Notes under the pieces: model-generated
The model's input: the letters and a program-made list of their open reading frames with translations, nothing else
Told to the model about the DNA's origin: nothing
Database searches by the model: none
Assembly: GCA_904063045.1 (NCBI GenBank)
Contig: CAJFCJ010000019.1
Coordinates: 310,001-374,000 of the forward strand
DNA from: Dimorphilus gyrociliatus
Lineage: Eukaryota; Animalia; Annelida
Direction: 5' to 3'
DNA: 64,000 nucleotides
Part shown: positions 50,605-62,295 of the stretch, in pieces
How positions within the stretch are numbered: the first letter of the stretch is position 1
How the letters are laid out: each line of letters starts with the position of its first letter
Made by a program: the position numbers and the translations under genes

Positions 50605-51829
50605 TTAACGTTGGTTGAGTCCCATTATGGTAGCAACAGCTATAAAACAAACATGTTAATATGATAGATGACTTAATTTCTATAGTACTTACACTCAAAC
50701 GTTATCTTTTCCGTTATATTCTTAGTTTTAATGACATCATCCTGGCTACCGATGGAGATATATCCGTCAGCTTGTTCTGACCAATTATACTTTTTAATCC
50801 ATTTAGCTAGATCAGCATCTGTTTCAATAATTGATGTCACAATAGGTAATTTTAATAGAGAAATTCAGATTTTTAACAAACCGGATAAAGAGCCTAGTAA
50901 TTCGCTAAGTTCCCGCTTCGGGATCGTTTGAAATGTTATGTTGACTGCGTGGCAGACGACTGAAATAAAGTAAAAAAAACAAATGCTAGTTGCGATAAAT
51001 TGATAATGAGTAAAACATCATTTACATTTCCTAATAGAATCTTCGAATCCAGTTATGCTTGAAATTAAATCTTGAACATCCTCCAACTCTGGCTGAAAAT
51101 AGATTGAATATTAGAACGATATTAACAATTAACTCATCAACTAACCCAAACTTGTTTGAATTCACACGTCTCCAAAAGCTGCGACAGATAAAGAATCTTC
51201 TCTATTGACTTGTCAGCCATCTGAAAACATTTTTATTTTGTTAATTTGATGTTTACTACTGACATGCTAATGACCATGCGATATTGGTCTCATTTGTTAG
51301 TTAACTGTAGGAAAATTTTTTCCTTCTTTTTGCCAAAAATAAAATCTCCTATTAAATTATCAATCTAAACTTACGTTATCATGATGAATAAGACATTTGC
51401 ATAAAGTGAAATCCGAATGGGGTAAGTTCGTCAAAGCTTTGAGTAGAATAGTGCAGCAAATAGGTAACGAAAAATTACTAGGGTTAAACTGGTACCTATT
51501 AGTAAGAAAGCTTAAATATAAATATGTTTTAATGTACTATTAGATTACAGACAGTTTTAAGACAGCTAAATTAGCTTCCAGATCGTAAGTGTTTTCCTCG
51601 GCTTGAATGTTGACATATTTTTCCAACGTTTGCAAATTTTCAGGATTATACCTAAAACATATGAAAGACAATATCACTTTGAATTCATGCTAAAATTTTC
51701 TATAAAATGTTTTAAAATAATGCTTTAAACTTGATAAATAATGTCTCCTAGTTTACAAATGATGTACCTCTCTATTCCCTTTAATAGCTTTGAAACTTGA
51801 ACTCTCATGCCTTCTGCGGTGTCCGCCAT
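50605..51829 (-). CDS. EIF3K: Eukaryotic translation initiation factor 3 subunit K, multi-exon (not in the ORF track)
   Basis: [41 protein letters not shown]...[32 protein letters not shown]. Confidence 0.97.
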
Positions 51830-51957
51830 TTTTATTTTCGAAAACGATAAGAGGGAGTATTATTACAATACAGATGTCGCTACTTACGCCGGCGTTACTA
51901 TTTTTGTGAATGGAGGCGTCGCTTCTAGTTCGATAATATATTCGAACGTCACTTCGT

Positions 51958-51965
51958 TGACGTCA
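51958..51965. promoter_or_regulatory. Perfect CRE palindrome TGACGTCA in the 320-bp EIF3K/7B2 bidirectional promoter
   Basis: Read directly; a further AACGTCA half-site lies at about 51944. Confidence 0.55.
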
Positions 51966-52149
51966 CGAACCACCATTCTGATCGCAGTTGATAGATCATC
52001 AACTGCATCAAGTAAGATTTTTTTCTTATATTTCGACTAATTAGGCCAAAAAAATAGTGATAATCAAATCACATATTAGAATAGGACTTAATTTAGTAAA
52101 TAAGGAAATTAAAGAATTTTATTAATTAATTTTCATTTTGTCATACAGT

Positions 52150-53221
52150 ATGAGGTTCTTCAACATATTTTTGGTATTGGTATCTCTCTGCCTTCATCAA
52201 GTGCTGGGAGATTATTCGGATTTGTTCTACGATGATGATCTTCCATCGTACTCGTTCAATCTCCCATCAGAACTGCGTGAAGAGGCTTTAAAACAATATT
52301 TAGAGATGGTCAGCAGGCACAACGAAGATGACATTAGGGTAGGTTCTCGCGACTCAACTGCTGGTACTGAGCAGAGGGACGAAGAACATATGGAAGAGGG
52401 AGCACTTGGTGTTCAACATCCTCAATTCACTTCTGGTGGAGCTGGTGAAGGAGATCAACGTCTAAAACCTAACGGTAGTATAAAGAATAAAAATGAAGTT
52501 AAGTCGGATGCTGGTTTGCCTTTTTACTGCCATCCTCCAAATCCCTGTCCTAAGGGATTCGATCCCAAAAAGCACAATTGTGACGCCCATGTCCGTGATG
52601 TTGACAAGGATCAGATGGCTTATATTCAAAAAGAGATGAAGGATGAAAAATGCACTTGCGACACCGACCATATGTTTACCTGTCCGCAAAGTCAGTTCAA
52701 TCCGCTTATGGATTTTTTATATATTAAATGTATTTCTATCTCGTGCAGATAAAAATGAGAACGCGGCAACTGATTTGGTAAGTAATTTAACTATAATTTT
52801 TAAAGCAGCCATTTTGTAGAAATTAACAGACTCTCTAAATAAATCTATATAAATATATGAATTTGTAAACAGTGAGAATATAATATGGCCATCTTATATA
52901 GCAATCAATAGAATAGTAATGATATTGTAACTGGAGACGAGATTGTGATCTTTTACATAATTAGTTCTAGTTATGATATTAATAAATATTTAATACTGTT
53001 TTATCTTTTTACAGGCCTCTTTACTGGGAGAAAACAGGCACGAAGGCTTGATTGCTAAAAAGTCTCCAAGCATGCAACTGGTTAGTAACAAAAAAAGAAA
53101 AATTTAATATTTTTTAAGAGTTTTTTTTTTAAAAAGAAAAATTATTACTAATTCTATTTATTTCTTTGATTATTATTAACAGCATAACCAATTTTTCGCT
53201 GAGACGATGAATGACGCATAA
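52150..53221 (+). CDS. SCG5: Neuroendocrine protein 7B2 (PC2 chaperone/inhibitor), 4 exons
   Basis: Signal peptide; SGGAGEGDQRL, LPFYCHPPNPCP, CTCDTDHMFTCP, C-terminal LIAKKSP. Confidence 0.95.
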
Positions 53222-54375
53222 ATTAGCGTAGAGAAAATGTATCAAGTCTTCTCTAAATACCCTAAAATATTTTAAAGACCCGTATAAGAATAATATGAAC
53301 CAATATATATCTATATATAGATATATATATATATATATTAAGAATGTATACTATGTGCTCGTTGTTAATCTGCAGGATATGTATTAACTTATAAATACTT
53401 GATTTATTCAAATTATTATAGTTTTAAATACATGTTCGTGTGTTCTCCTCCATAACTGTCCACCTTGTTTTATATATATATATATAAATTTATATATATA
53501 TATATATGTATAAAATATTCACATAAATTTAAGAATTATGTATAGGATTCGTTTAAGAAAGGAAAAACATTAAAAAAAAGATTTTCTCGTTCGAAAAAAT
53601 AAAAACCGATTGTGTATCGTTTTAACCACAAAAAAAAAAGAAAGACAAGCCAAGAAAGTGCAACCTGAAAGTTTACATTTACATTTCGATATAAAAAAAA
53701 ATATGGATTGTAAAAGTTTTACAGAGATAGAAGAATTGATGAAAATGAAAATTGAAATTGTTGAATGTAGATTGTTGAAACTGAAAGGCTCTGTGCACTT
53801 TTTTTAATTTTTTTTTCATATGTATTTTTCTCTCTGTTGTTTCGATGGTTTTCATTTTGATCTCAAAAATTGTGAAAAAAAAAGTAACTATTTTTTTCTC
53901 ATGCATTTGTCTCTATGTTTAATTTTAAAAAAAAAATACACCTCTTTCTGTTTCTTTTATTTTAAAATAAGAGAAATTAATGCTAGGTTAATGAGATGAG
54001 GAAAAAATCAGTATCTTCTATTTTGTATAGGCATCAAATTAGCTATATTTACGTGTCACATTTAACTCAATTGTTTGCTTTCATTGCGAGTGCAAAGTTT
54101 GGCTGTTAATGAGGTCATGTCAAGAAATTTTCTTTTGTTCTAATTAACTCTTCTATTCAACCGAGGCGCGCGTCTTGATTACAGGTCAATTTTAACTACA
54201 TCATCATTATTATCATTTTAGTTTCGTATTTCCTTTTGCATGTTTTTTTTTATTTGCTTATGTATTGAGCGTTTTTTTCCTTTTATATATAAAAAATTCT
54301 TATCTAGATACAAAGTTTCTACAAATTCAAACACATACCGTCCATATTTAAAAAAGAACAGAGAAGAAAACAACT

Positions 54376-54885
54376 TTAATGATACCCAATACCAGCTATG
54401 CCTGTAGACGGAAAGACGGCTTGCGCTTGAGGCGTCCAAATCGGCGTAGGCGTTACTGATTGTTGTTGTTGTTGTTGCCAAACTGGCGTCATTGGAACGT
54501 AACCGACCTTGTAATTAACGGCGACTGCGAGGTCCTGTTCATAATTTAAATTTCTCATATTCCTCTTTGCTCTTCTTCTTGCTTGTCTTCTTCTGAAGTC
54601 TCCTCTTTCAAAGTCTGGTAAACACGCCGGATGAATAGTCCAATAGTGACCTTTTCCGTTGTCAGCCCTTCCAGCCTTGACGAAGCATTCGTTTAACGAC
54701 AAATTGTGTCTTACTGAGTTTCTCCAAGCTCTGTCTGAGTTATTGTAGTAAGGCCACTTTTGCATGATATAATTGTATATATCGCCAAGAAGTAGTTTCT
54801 TGCTAGGATTTGATAATATTGCCATAGAAATTAAGGCAATATAAGAGTGTTTAGGTTTCTCTTCAGTAGTTTTTAACGAAGTCAT
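54376..54885 (-). CDS. FoxQ2: Forkhead transcription factor FoxQ2, single exon, 169 aa
   Basis: KPKHSYIALISMAIL, KLLLGDIY, WRNSVRHNLSLNECF, NGKGHYWTIHP, GDFRRRQARRR; YVPM and poly-Q tail. Confidence 0.9.
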   Translation of the reverse strand: MTSLKTTEEKPKHSYIALISMAILSNPSKKLLLGDIYNYIMQKWPYYNNSDRAWRNSVRHNLSLNECFVKAGRADNGKGHYWTIHPACLPDFERGDFRRRQARRRAKRNMRNLNYEQDLAVAVNYKVGYVPMTPVWQQQQQQSVTPTPIWTPQAQAVFPSTGIAGIGYH

Positions 54886-55703
54886 TCTAGTTCCTCACGA
54901 TGCTGAGATTCGAATGACGGTACGATCCTTGGCTGAAAACATAGACAGGGGCCAGGGGGCGTGGCTGTCGACGGGAGGTAATTAAGGGCGCGAATTCGCT
55001 TCTGTTTTCGTTTAAAAAAGTAATTAATACAAAGAAGAAAAAGTCTGACACTAGCACACTAAAGAATAGGTTTAATGGGGTATAAATTTCGTGAAAAGTA
55101 TCCACATGTATATGTATCGATTAAAGAACACGTCTTAAGCAGTACAATGGTTTTTCTTTTAGTGCACCAGAAAAGATGTAAAGACTGTTCTTTTTATTTA
55201 AAAGTAGTAAACTAATAGTTTCAAGTTTTGTTGAAAAATTTCTGTTTGTTTTGTTGTTGTTTTATACAAGATTGGAAGAGGGACTTTTTTTCTCTGATAG
55301 ACCTAAAAGATAAAAGTCCGACCGTGATCGACCGAAATGAATGATTTAAAAAAAGTTGTTAATCAAAGTCGAGTAAATAGGGAAAGTATGAGAAAAGTTT
55401 GTAAATTTTTATATAACGAAACGTAAGAAACGTACAAAGAAAACTGGAAGAAAGCGCTAAATAGGCGAAACTCGATCAATTAGTCTTGTCCAAGTTGGGT
55501 GTGAACATCGAAGTGGCGGGGGGTTCGAACAATCGGGTACACGCTAACTCCGCCCATTCAATACTTGAATTCGTCAACTGTCATACACAAAACGATTGGT
55601 GGTCCACCGTGCGCGCTTCATTATTGCACTCTCACGTTTCCATTGCTTAATTACAGTGTACCCTTGCATCACATTAAACCTTATTGTTATAGACAAGAAT
55701 TTA

Positions 55704-56304
55704 TTATCTCACGGAAGATGACCCGTGGCGAAGTTCTCTCTCGAATTGCTCGGCAGTAAAAGTTCCGTCCAGGCGTTCACAATTTTCGTTGAATACTGAA
55801 TAGGCACTTTTCTCTCCTCTCTTTCTACTGCCTAAATTGATGAAGATGATGAAAAATATGGAAATCACAACGAAAACGAATCCAAATTCCAATTCAACAA
55901 ACAATCCAAAGAGGACGAGCCATAAACCTACTTTTAAAGCGATTAATGCTTTCGACTCAGAGATGGCGTTAGTTACACGTCCTAGTTTCGTTTTCATGAA
56001 AAAAGACACGAAGTCGTTAATTGGCCTTGATAATATTTTTATGGTTGCTTTGAAAATATTTTCTTCTCTTTTTTGCCTATTAGAGTTCTGAAGTGCAAAA
56101 AAATTGATTATTTAAGAAAATAACTGTTAGCTCAAGTGAAAGAATGCATGGCGTGCGTACTTTGTCTGAAATATCCTGTGTCGGCCCAGGTATATTTGGG
56201 TCGACCGATTTGTCAGATTTCGATTGGAAATTTTTAGGTTCTCTATCAAATCTTTCCAATCTCTTTTGCCGATAAAGAGCCAATCTCTCTTCGACTGTCG
56301 CCAT
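55704..56304 (-). CDS. SAYSD1: SAYSvFN domain-containing protein 1, 2 exons; ATG at 56304 preferred over 56394
   Basis: MATVEERLALYR; hairpin TM; GEKSAYSVFNENCERLDGTFTAEQFERELR. Confidence 0.95.
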
Positions 56305-56626
56305 ATTTGTTGATGTAATTTTTTTCCCTCTTAAACTGAAAATATTTAATGTGGTCACTGATCTAGGTCGATTTCGCTCAACCGTTTGAGCCATAGTGCA
56401 AGATACCCGTATGTCTTCTTTTAAGACTGTCGCTAAGTGAAATGTAAATATTAAGGTTTAAGTTTGTAGGTAGATCAGGTTTGTAGATATTATAAAAATT
56501 TTGTATAATATTTTTTTGATTGTTCCAAATGTTTTAAAACATTTATAATTAAAAAATGATTCAGTAATCACCTTATCACTCACTCTTCGGTAATTGAAGA
56601 TCAGTTGATTCAATTCGATCAAAAAG

Positions 56627-59258
56627 ATGGATGCAGAGATTGGCTTACAGGCAACAAACACTATGACTATAACAGGAATACCAGGTTTCACCACTACTTC
56701 ACTTTTAAATTATATTCTTTTCTGCAAAATGAAGTTAATCAAGCAAACAATGATTAAGAGAGAATAATTTAATTTCTAGGAAATATTAGTCGTCTTTCTA
56801 TTAATCATTTATAAAAATAAATAGGACGCTCAGGGAGATTACCCCCTCTACGTACTGAAGATTTTCATAAAAAGTCACCAAGATATAATAAAGAGGGAAA
56901 AAAAGAAGCAAATCCAGAGATACAAGCAGAAAGAAGGGCAAAAACAACTGTATCTATACCTTCGTTTAATCATTCAGCCCAAGAAAAAAATCCAGGATTA
57001 TCAACTCAGACAGGAGATCACTCAGTGTTAAGAAGCTCATCAACAATGGACAAACGTAAATATTTTCTTCCAATTTTTGCATTATCTTTCCCTTGAATCA
57101 AAATATGTACATTATTCCTTTATAATCTAGCTGTAAGCACACAAATTTTGTTTGTCAGTTTTTCCATTTTAGTTTTAAAACAGGCGTACGACAAACTTAC
57201 GATTACAAAAAACGTAAGATAAAATATTAGTATATTCTTTTAAAAGGCATTTGATTAGCTTTTGTTTAGTTGCTTTTAGATTTTTGATTTAAAAGAGACG
57301 ACAAATATATTATCAAAGGTAAAAGTATTTTTAGACGAATAAGCGCTGGTCTCTTAGCCTAGTTTTGTGTATTTTATTATTTAAATTACCTCATTCCTTT
57401 CAATTTTTGCTATATTGTTTATCATACTTTAGCTATAGTAACAAAAACAATTATAGAAATGAGTTCATTGTTAATTTTGTACTTAAATTATAGATTTTTT
57501 TACTTCTATTATTATTAATATTACTATTTATTTTCATTATACAGCTATGGAAATTGTCGTTTATTTTTCTGATAAAACTGGTATAAGTCTAAATGTTGAT
57601 GATGGAGTAAATGTTACTGCCATGGAATTATTTGATATGGTTTATGAAGAGACTGGCCTACCGAATGAAGGACGGGAAACCTTTTCTCTGTGGCTTATGT
57701 CTAATTTATTGGGTAAAATTTCCAGAATTTATAAGAACTATTCGTAGAAACATTTATAAATTTTAGAATTGCAACTGAAGCCTTCTCATGTCCCTTTCCG
57801 TTTGGCCGCCTTTTGGGAGGATATGCTTGAAGAATACACAGGCGCTGATGATGAAAGAATCGATAAAGGTTTATAGTCTCTCCCTTTATTGCATTTTAGC
57901 TCCAATATATGTCTTTTATCCTGTATAGATGAGCCTATTTTAATGTTCCAAAGAAACGTCTTTTGCACACGTAAAGAAGAACGAGCTGTTAGTTTAATAA
58001 CCCAATACTACGTTCATTCTCTTAAATTCTCATTTTTATTCCTTCAAGATAAACGATACAAGAGCTATAAGCTTATTATTTCACGAGGCTAAAGAAAACG
58101 TAATTGATGGCCGCTATCCTCTAAAGAAATTGGATGATTATCATAATCTTGCAGCTTTACAGTCCCTTATCAGCCATGAATGGTTTGATGCAAAAACTCA
58201 TACTCCAGAATATTTCAAGTATGATTAATTTTATAGATATTTTATTATTATTATCTATATTGTATTTGATATTATTAAAAATCCTAGAACTCGTCTAAAT
58301 CAATACTATCCAGAGCACTTACTTAAAAAGAAATGGTCAATACTTTGCGGGTTTGTCTTTTTAAATAGGATAGTAATTTTTCTATTTATTAATATATTTC
58401 GTTAATATAGCTCTTCAAAAGATAGCTTGGAAGATGGCCTCGTTAAAGCATTACGTCAAAAGGTAAAGAAATTAAAATCAGGCAACTTGCATTTATCTAC
58501 TTTAATGGTTGAATATTTGGATTGGTGTAGAGATAATTTACCTTTTTATGGGTAATTAATACCAACTTATTAATAATTTCTATAATAAAAAGAATGATTT
58601 TTTAGAGGAGCGTTTTTTGCTGGCCAGATTGTTCATCCAAGGAATAAGCTATTAGTAAAACTCTTTGGACAGCCCGAAGATCCGGTCTATATTGCTATAA
58701 ATATGGATGGAGTTTTTGTTATAGATATGGACGACGTCATTTTCTTATTGGGAATATTATATAAGGATTTGAAATGGGAAATAGCCGAAAAAGAAGAAAA
58801 TAAACGGAAGGAGAGTTGTTTATTTTTACAATTTGATCATATGGAAAAAGATAGAGAACAAGAGGTAAAGAAACTATTGCAAATCTTTTCGAGGGAAGCC
58901 AACTTAATGGATGCGCTAATATGCGCAAGTGTTAACAAATTAAAGACTCTTGGAAAATTCGCCGATGACGGCGGTTGGAAAGATGACGGAGATGATTTTG
59001 GTAAGTATATAAAAATTTAATATAATTCTAATCAATTATTTAATAATATATGTTTGTCATTTTTCTCAAACAGATGATAATGTAATTATGCCTTCCGACG
59101 ACATATGGGAGAAACTAAAATCATCATTATCAACTTTTAGTAAATCAGGTGAATTGATTTGATAATAATATAACATTTAGTTAGCATTAACTTGTTTTGC
59201 GGTGAACTTAACTCATTTTTAAACAGGTGAACCGATGGATAATAAAGTTATTGTTTAA
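56627..59258 (+). CDS. FRMD8: FERM domain-containing protein 8 (iTAP), multi-exon, including two 5' exons missing from the ORF track
   Basis: FSLWLMSNLL|ELQLKP, DEPILMFQRNVF, WCRDNLPFYG, FLQFD, LQIFSREANLMDALI. Exons 56627-56684 and 56825-57055 splice in phase to 57545. Confidence 0.88.
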
Positions 59259-59630
59259 TCAACTTCTTTTTATAACTGAACTTCTACATTACCAGTTTTT
59301 CTTTTTAAAAAACTACCATTTTTTAATTGCCTTAATTTAGATGTGAACTTGTTATACTGTTTTTAAGACTTTTTTTAATTTAAGCATCATGTTAGTTTTC
59401 TAAAGATAGATTTTTACAAAAATATACTTTGGTGTTAATTCGTTAAGCAAACTAATACAAATTTTTTCAATATGAAGTAAAATCTGATTAATAAAGATTA
59501 ATAGAGAAAAGGGATTGTAATGCATAGCTCATGATCAATTTCTATAGTTCTATTGTTTTTATTTTTAAAAGAAATAAGCAACTGATTTAAACGTTTAAAT
59601 GAATAAAAGTTTGTTTATAGTCTTGCTTTA

Positions 59631-60645
59631 ATGTCTCTTAAGGTTTTAATTGTTTCTTTGTTAAATTTAACATTATTAGAGGCGCTAATTTGTGCTAAGA
59701 CTGAGTGTAAAATCAATCAAGATTTTACTATAAACTGTCGGAAAGAAGAACAATATGTTTGTAATGAAAATTCATTTTGTTCGATAACTTGGAGTTATGA
59801 AAATGAAACAAATAAAACGGTAGCATTTTAAAAAGTCGTAATAAATTGCACAAAAATTTTAAGGTATAAAGATCTAACAGGGGTTAACTAAGCGACTTGG
59901 TTGTCGATCGTTTTCATCTATTTCGGGACGAGTGTGCAAACAATCGGAAGATGCTTGCTCGGAGCGTCTTACGGGAGATGAAAGGGGGTCGAAGGTTTCT
60001 TGCTGTTGTAATTCGGATTTTTGTAATTTGGAAACAGTAAAAACTGACGCTTCGGTCTTTGAAATTCTCGAGCGGGGTTTAAATGAGCTAGATGAGGGGG
60101 TTGAGTCCAATTGGTTCGTAAATGCGGAAATCGATTTCTTCAAGCAACCCGCAAACGACAGTTCCCTTTTAAGCAAAGAAGAACGGGACGAATACGAGTT
60201 AACGGATCAAGATGTATATATTTTGATAGGGACAATGTATATGACAATTTTCATTCTTTCATTACCCTATATACTATGGGCCACTATGCAAGGTTATAAA
60301 TCCAGGTCGGAAGAGCAGCAGGCTCTCGCCGAAGTGAAAAAACTTCAGGAACTTGAAGAAGTAGCTAGAGAGGATATTAAGAAAGAAGTAAAAACTGTAG
60401 AACGAACGGAAACCACACAAATGAAATGTAACACAGGCTTGAAGCATGAGATGACAGATGGTAGTAGTGAAGAATATGACAGTAAAACGGAAAAGGTATT
60501 ATCCGACCAAGTCGTATGGAAAAATGTTAGACGAAGAATTTTAACAATAGAGGAAGCCATGACCGCTCTGAAATTGACTGTAAATAGCAGCCGGAAAGTC
60601 TCTAACAGTACGGCTACAGAGAGGAGATCAGCAAAAAAAAGTTAA
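59631..60645 (+). CDS. TGF-beta type II receptor-like ectodomain + TM + short tail, no kinase domain (about 317 aa, 2 exons)
   Basis: Signal peptide; intron 59820-59880 in phase 0; 12-Cys ectodomain ending CCCNSDFCN; TM VYILIGTMYMTIFILSLPYILWATM; stop at 60645. Confidence 0.75.
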
Positions 60646-61039
60646 TCTTAACAGATCTTCAATAATAAAAATTGTATTTGCTAAGAATAAATCTATTCTG
60701 ACGTACATTCTTCCCAATTACTGAGGTAGGCAGGTAGTAGAAGAGATTTTTTTGTTGTCATATTTGTTGTAGTTTGTAGTGGTAGTGCGTTTTGTTATAT
60801 CTATTTGTTGATGCAATTAAAGATTCTTAATAAAAGTATCCTATGAACTTGAGTCTCTTGCAATTGAGTATTTAAGAGAAAAATATATCCTTTGGACGTT
60901 GAACGAATTAAAGAGGGAAAGTGTTTGAGAAAACAGTTCGATAGCTTTAAAAACGTCTTATTAATTTAAGAAATAAATTCTAATACCTGGAATTGTTGAG
61001 AAAATCAAAATGCTTTATGCATTAAGAAATTGAAAGAGT

Positions 61040-61978
61040 TTATTTGTTTTTTTTTGGAGTATCTCCTCGAGCACTGAAGAAAGCTAGAGTAATGAGCATA
61101 AGAGCAGCAAGTACGGCTAAAGGCCCAAAGGCCGAAATAGGCGAAGAAGAACTGGAAGATTCCACCTGTTTTACATCGTCCATAACGATCCAAAATTGTT
61201 CACGGATTCCTAAGAAGACGAGTACGTGAAATACTTGATGGCTATGGCCAAATATATCAAAAGTCCCTGGAGCAAACCGTTCTGGAACTTTGCTAACTTT
61301 GACTGCTGCTCCACAGACCAGGAGGAAAACATGTTTCAAGAAACGTAGTCGAAAGTAAGCATCAACATACAAACGAGATAACGCTGGCAAAGAGGCAAAG
61401 GCAAAAGGCAAAAAAAAAGATAGGGTTCGTATATAATGTGCCGATTTCGGTTGACTAACTCTCGTCCAGCAGCAAGCAAATGTTGCGGCCAGGGCAGCTG
61501 CCGATGTTGCCAATAAATACCATTTTGTAGAATGTTCTGTGTTGCCCGTGTAATGATAGTATGCCCTCGCCGTTGCTACCCCATAAAATGATATTGCAGC
61601 ATAATCTAACATGAAACACACTTGCCTCCATCTCCAAGAAACACTCATAAGTAAGTGAGCTCCAGTTGAAACGGCAAACAATGTAAGCACTCCAATTATA
61701 TAAGCGTAAAGGGGATGGTGAGAACCTGGAGCTTGCAAACTTCTAGCATCTCCAAGATCAAGTATTGTCCACCACGCAAAATAGATAAGCGGCAAGGCAT
61801 GAGTCCAAATGTTCAATGTTTCGTTATGCAGGGCGAAAGCTGATGCCAAGGATTTGACAACTCCAACACTTAACGGACGATAGCCTTTGAGAATATATAG
61901 TTCGCGCGCTTCGACTGGCACCTCATTCCAGCGAAGAGCTGGAGGTGGCACCATACTCATGAAACGAATCCTGGACAT
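61040..61978 (-). CDS. PAQR family 7TM protein (membrane progestin receptor-like), intronless
   Basis: LHNETLNIWTH, STGAHLL, CFMLDYAAIS, PERFAPGTFDIFGHSHQVFHVLV. Confidence 0.92.
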   Translation of the reverse strand: MSRIRFMSMVPPPALRWNEVPVEARELYILKGYRPLSVGVVKSLASAFALHNETLNIWTHALPLIYFAWWTILDLGDARSLQAPGSHHPLYAYIIGVLTLFAVSTGAHLLMSVSWRWRQVCFMLDYAAISFYGVATARAYYHYTGNTEHSTKWYLLATSAAALAATFACCWTRVSQPKSAHYIRTLSFFLPFAFASLPALSRLYVDAYFRLRFLKHVFLLVCGAAVKVSKVPERFAPGTFDIFGHSHQVFHVLVFLGIREQFWIVMDDVKQVESSSSSSPISAFGPLAVLAALMLITLAFFSARGDTPKKNK

Positions 61979-62078
61979 ATTTCTCGGACGGCAACTGCAA
62001 CGCCCGAGTGAAGCGCAAAAAAGACTACACAGCGCGCGACGCCGTCTACAAATCTACTGCAAGCAATCAATAAACGTT

Positions 62079-62086
62079 TGACGTCA
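62079..62086. promoter_or_regulatory. Perfect CRE TGACGTCA about 100 bp upstream of the PAQR ATG
   Basis: Read directly. Confidence 0.5.
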
Positions 62087-62295
62087 CAAGGTTGTGGTGG
62101 GTAACGTTTTTCGGCTACACGCATACCCCACGAGTATTAGTTAGCTTTTGAGCTCTGCAAAGAAGCATTGCAGGTGTAGTGCTATTGCTATAAATATAAT
62201 TTATATATAAAGTGGTAGTACTAGTAGCCTGCTGTGTTAGCACAGAGTTGTCCATCAAAAAGGGAAGTACTCATAAATAAATATCCATACTTGGA

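Noticed and set aside
51807-52040. 77-aa plus-strand ORF
   Set aside because: It overlaps the EIF3K start antisense and the bidirectional promoter; no family signal.
53240-54000. Short K/F-rich ORFs between 7B2 and FoxQ2
   Set aside because: These are low-complexity A/T tracts of 3' UTR or intergenic sequence.
55505-55560. GGTTCGAAC as a tRNA T-loop or B-box
   Set aside because: There is no cloverleaf, no A-box at the right spacing and no closing CC.
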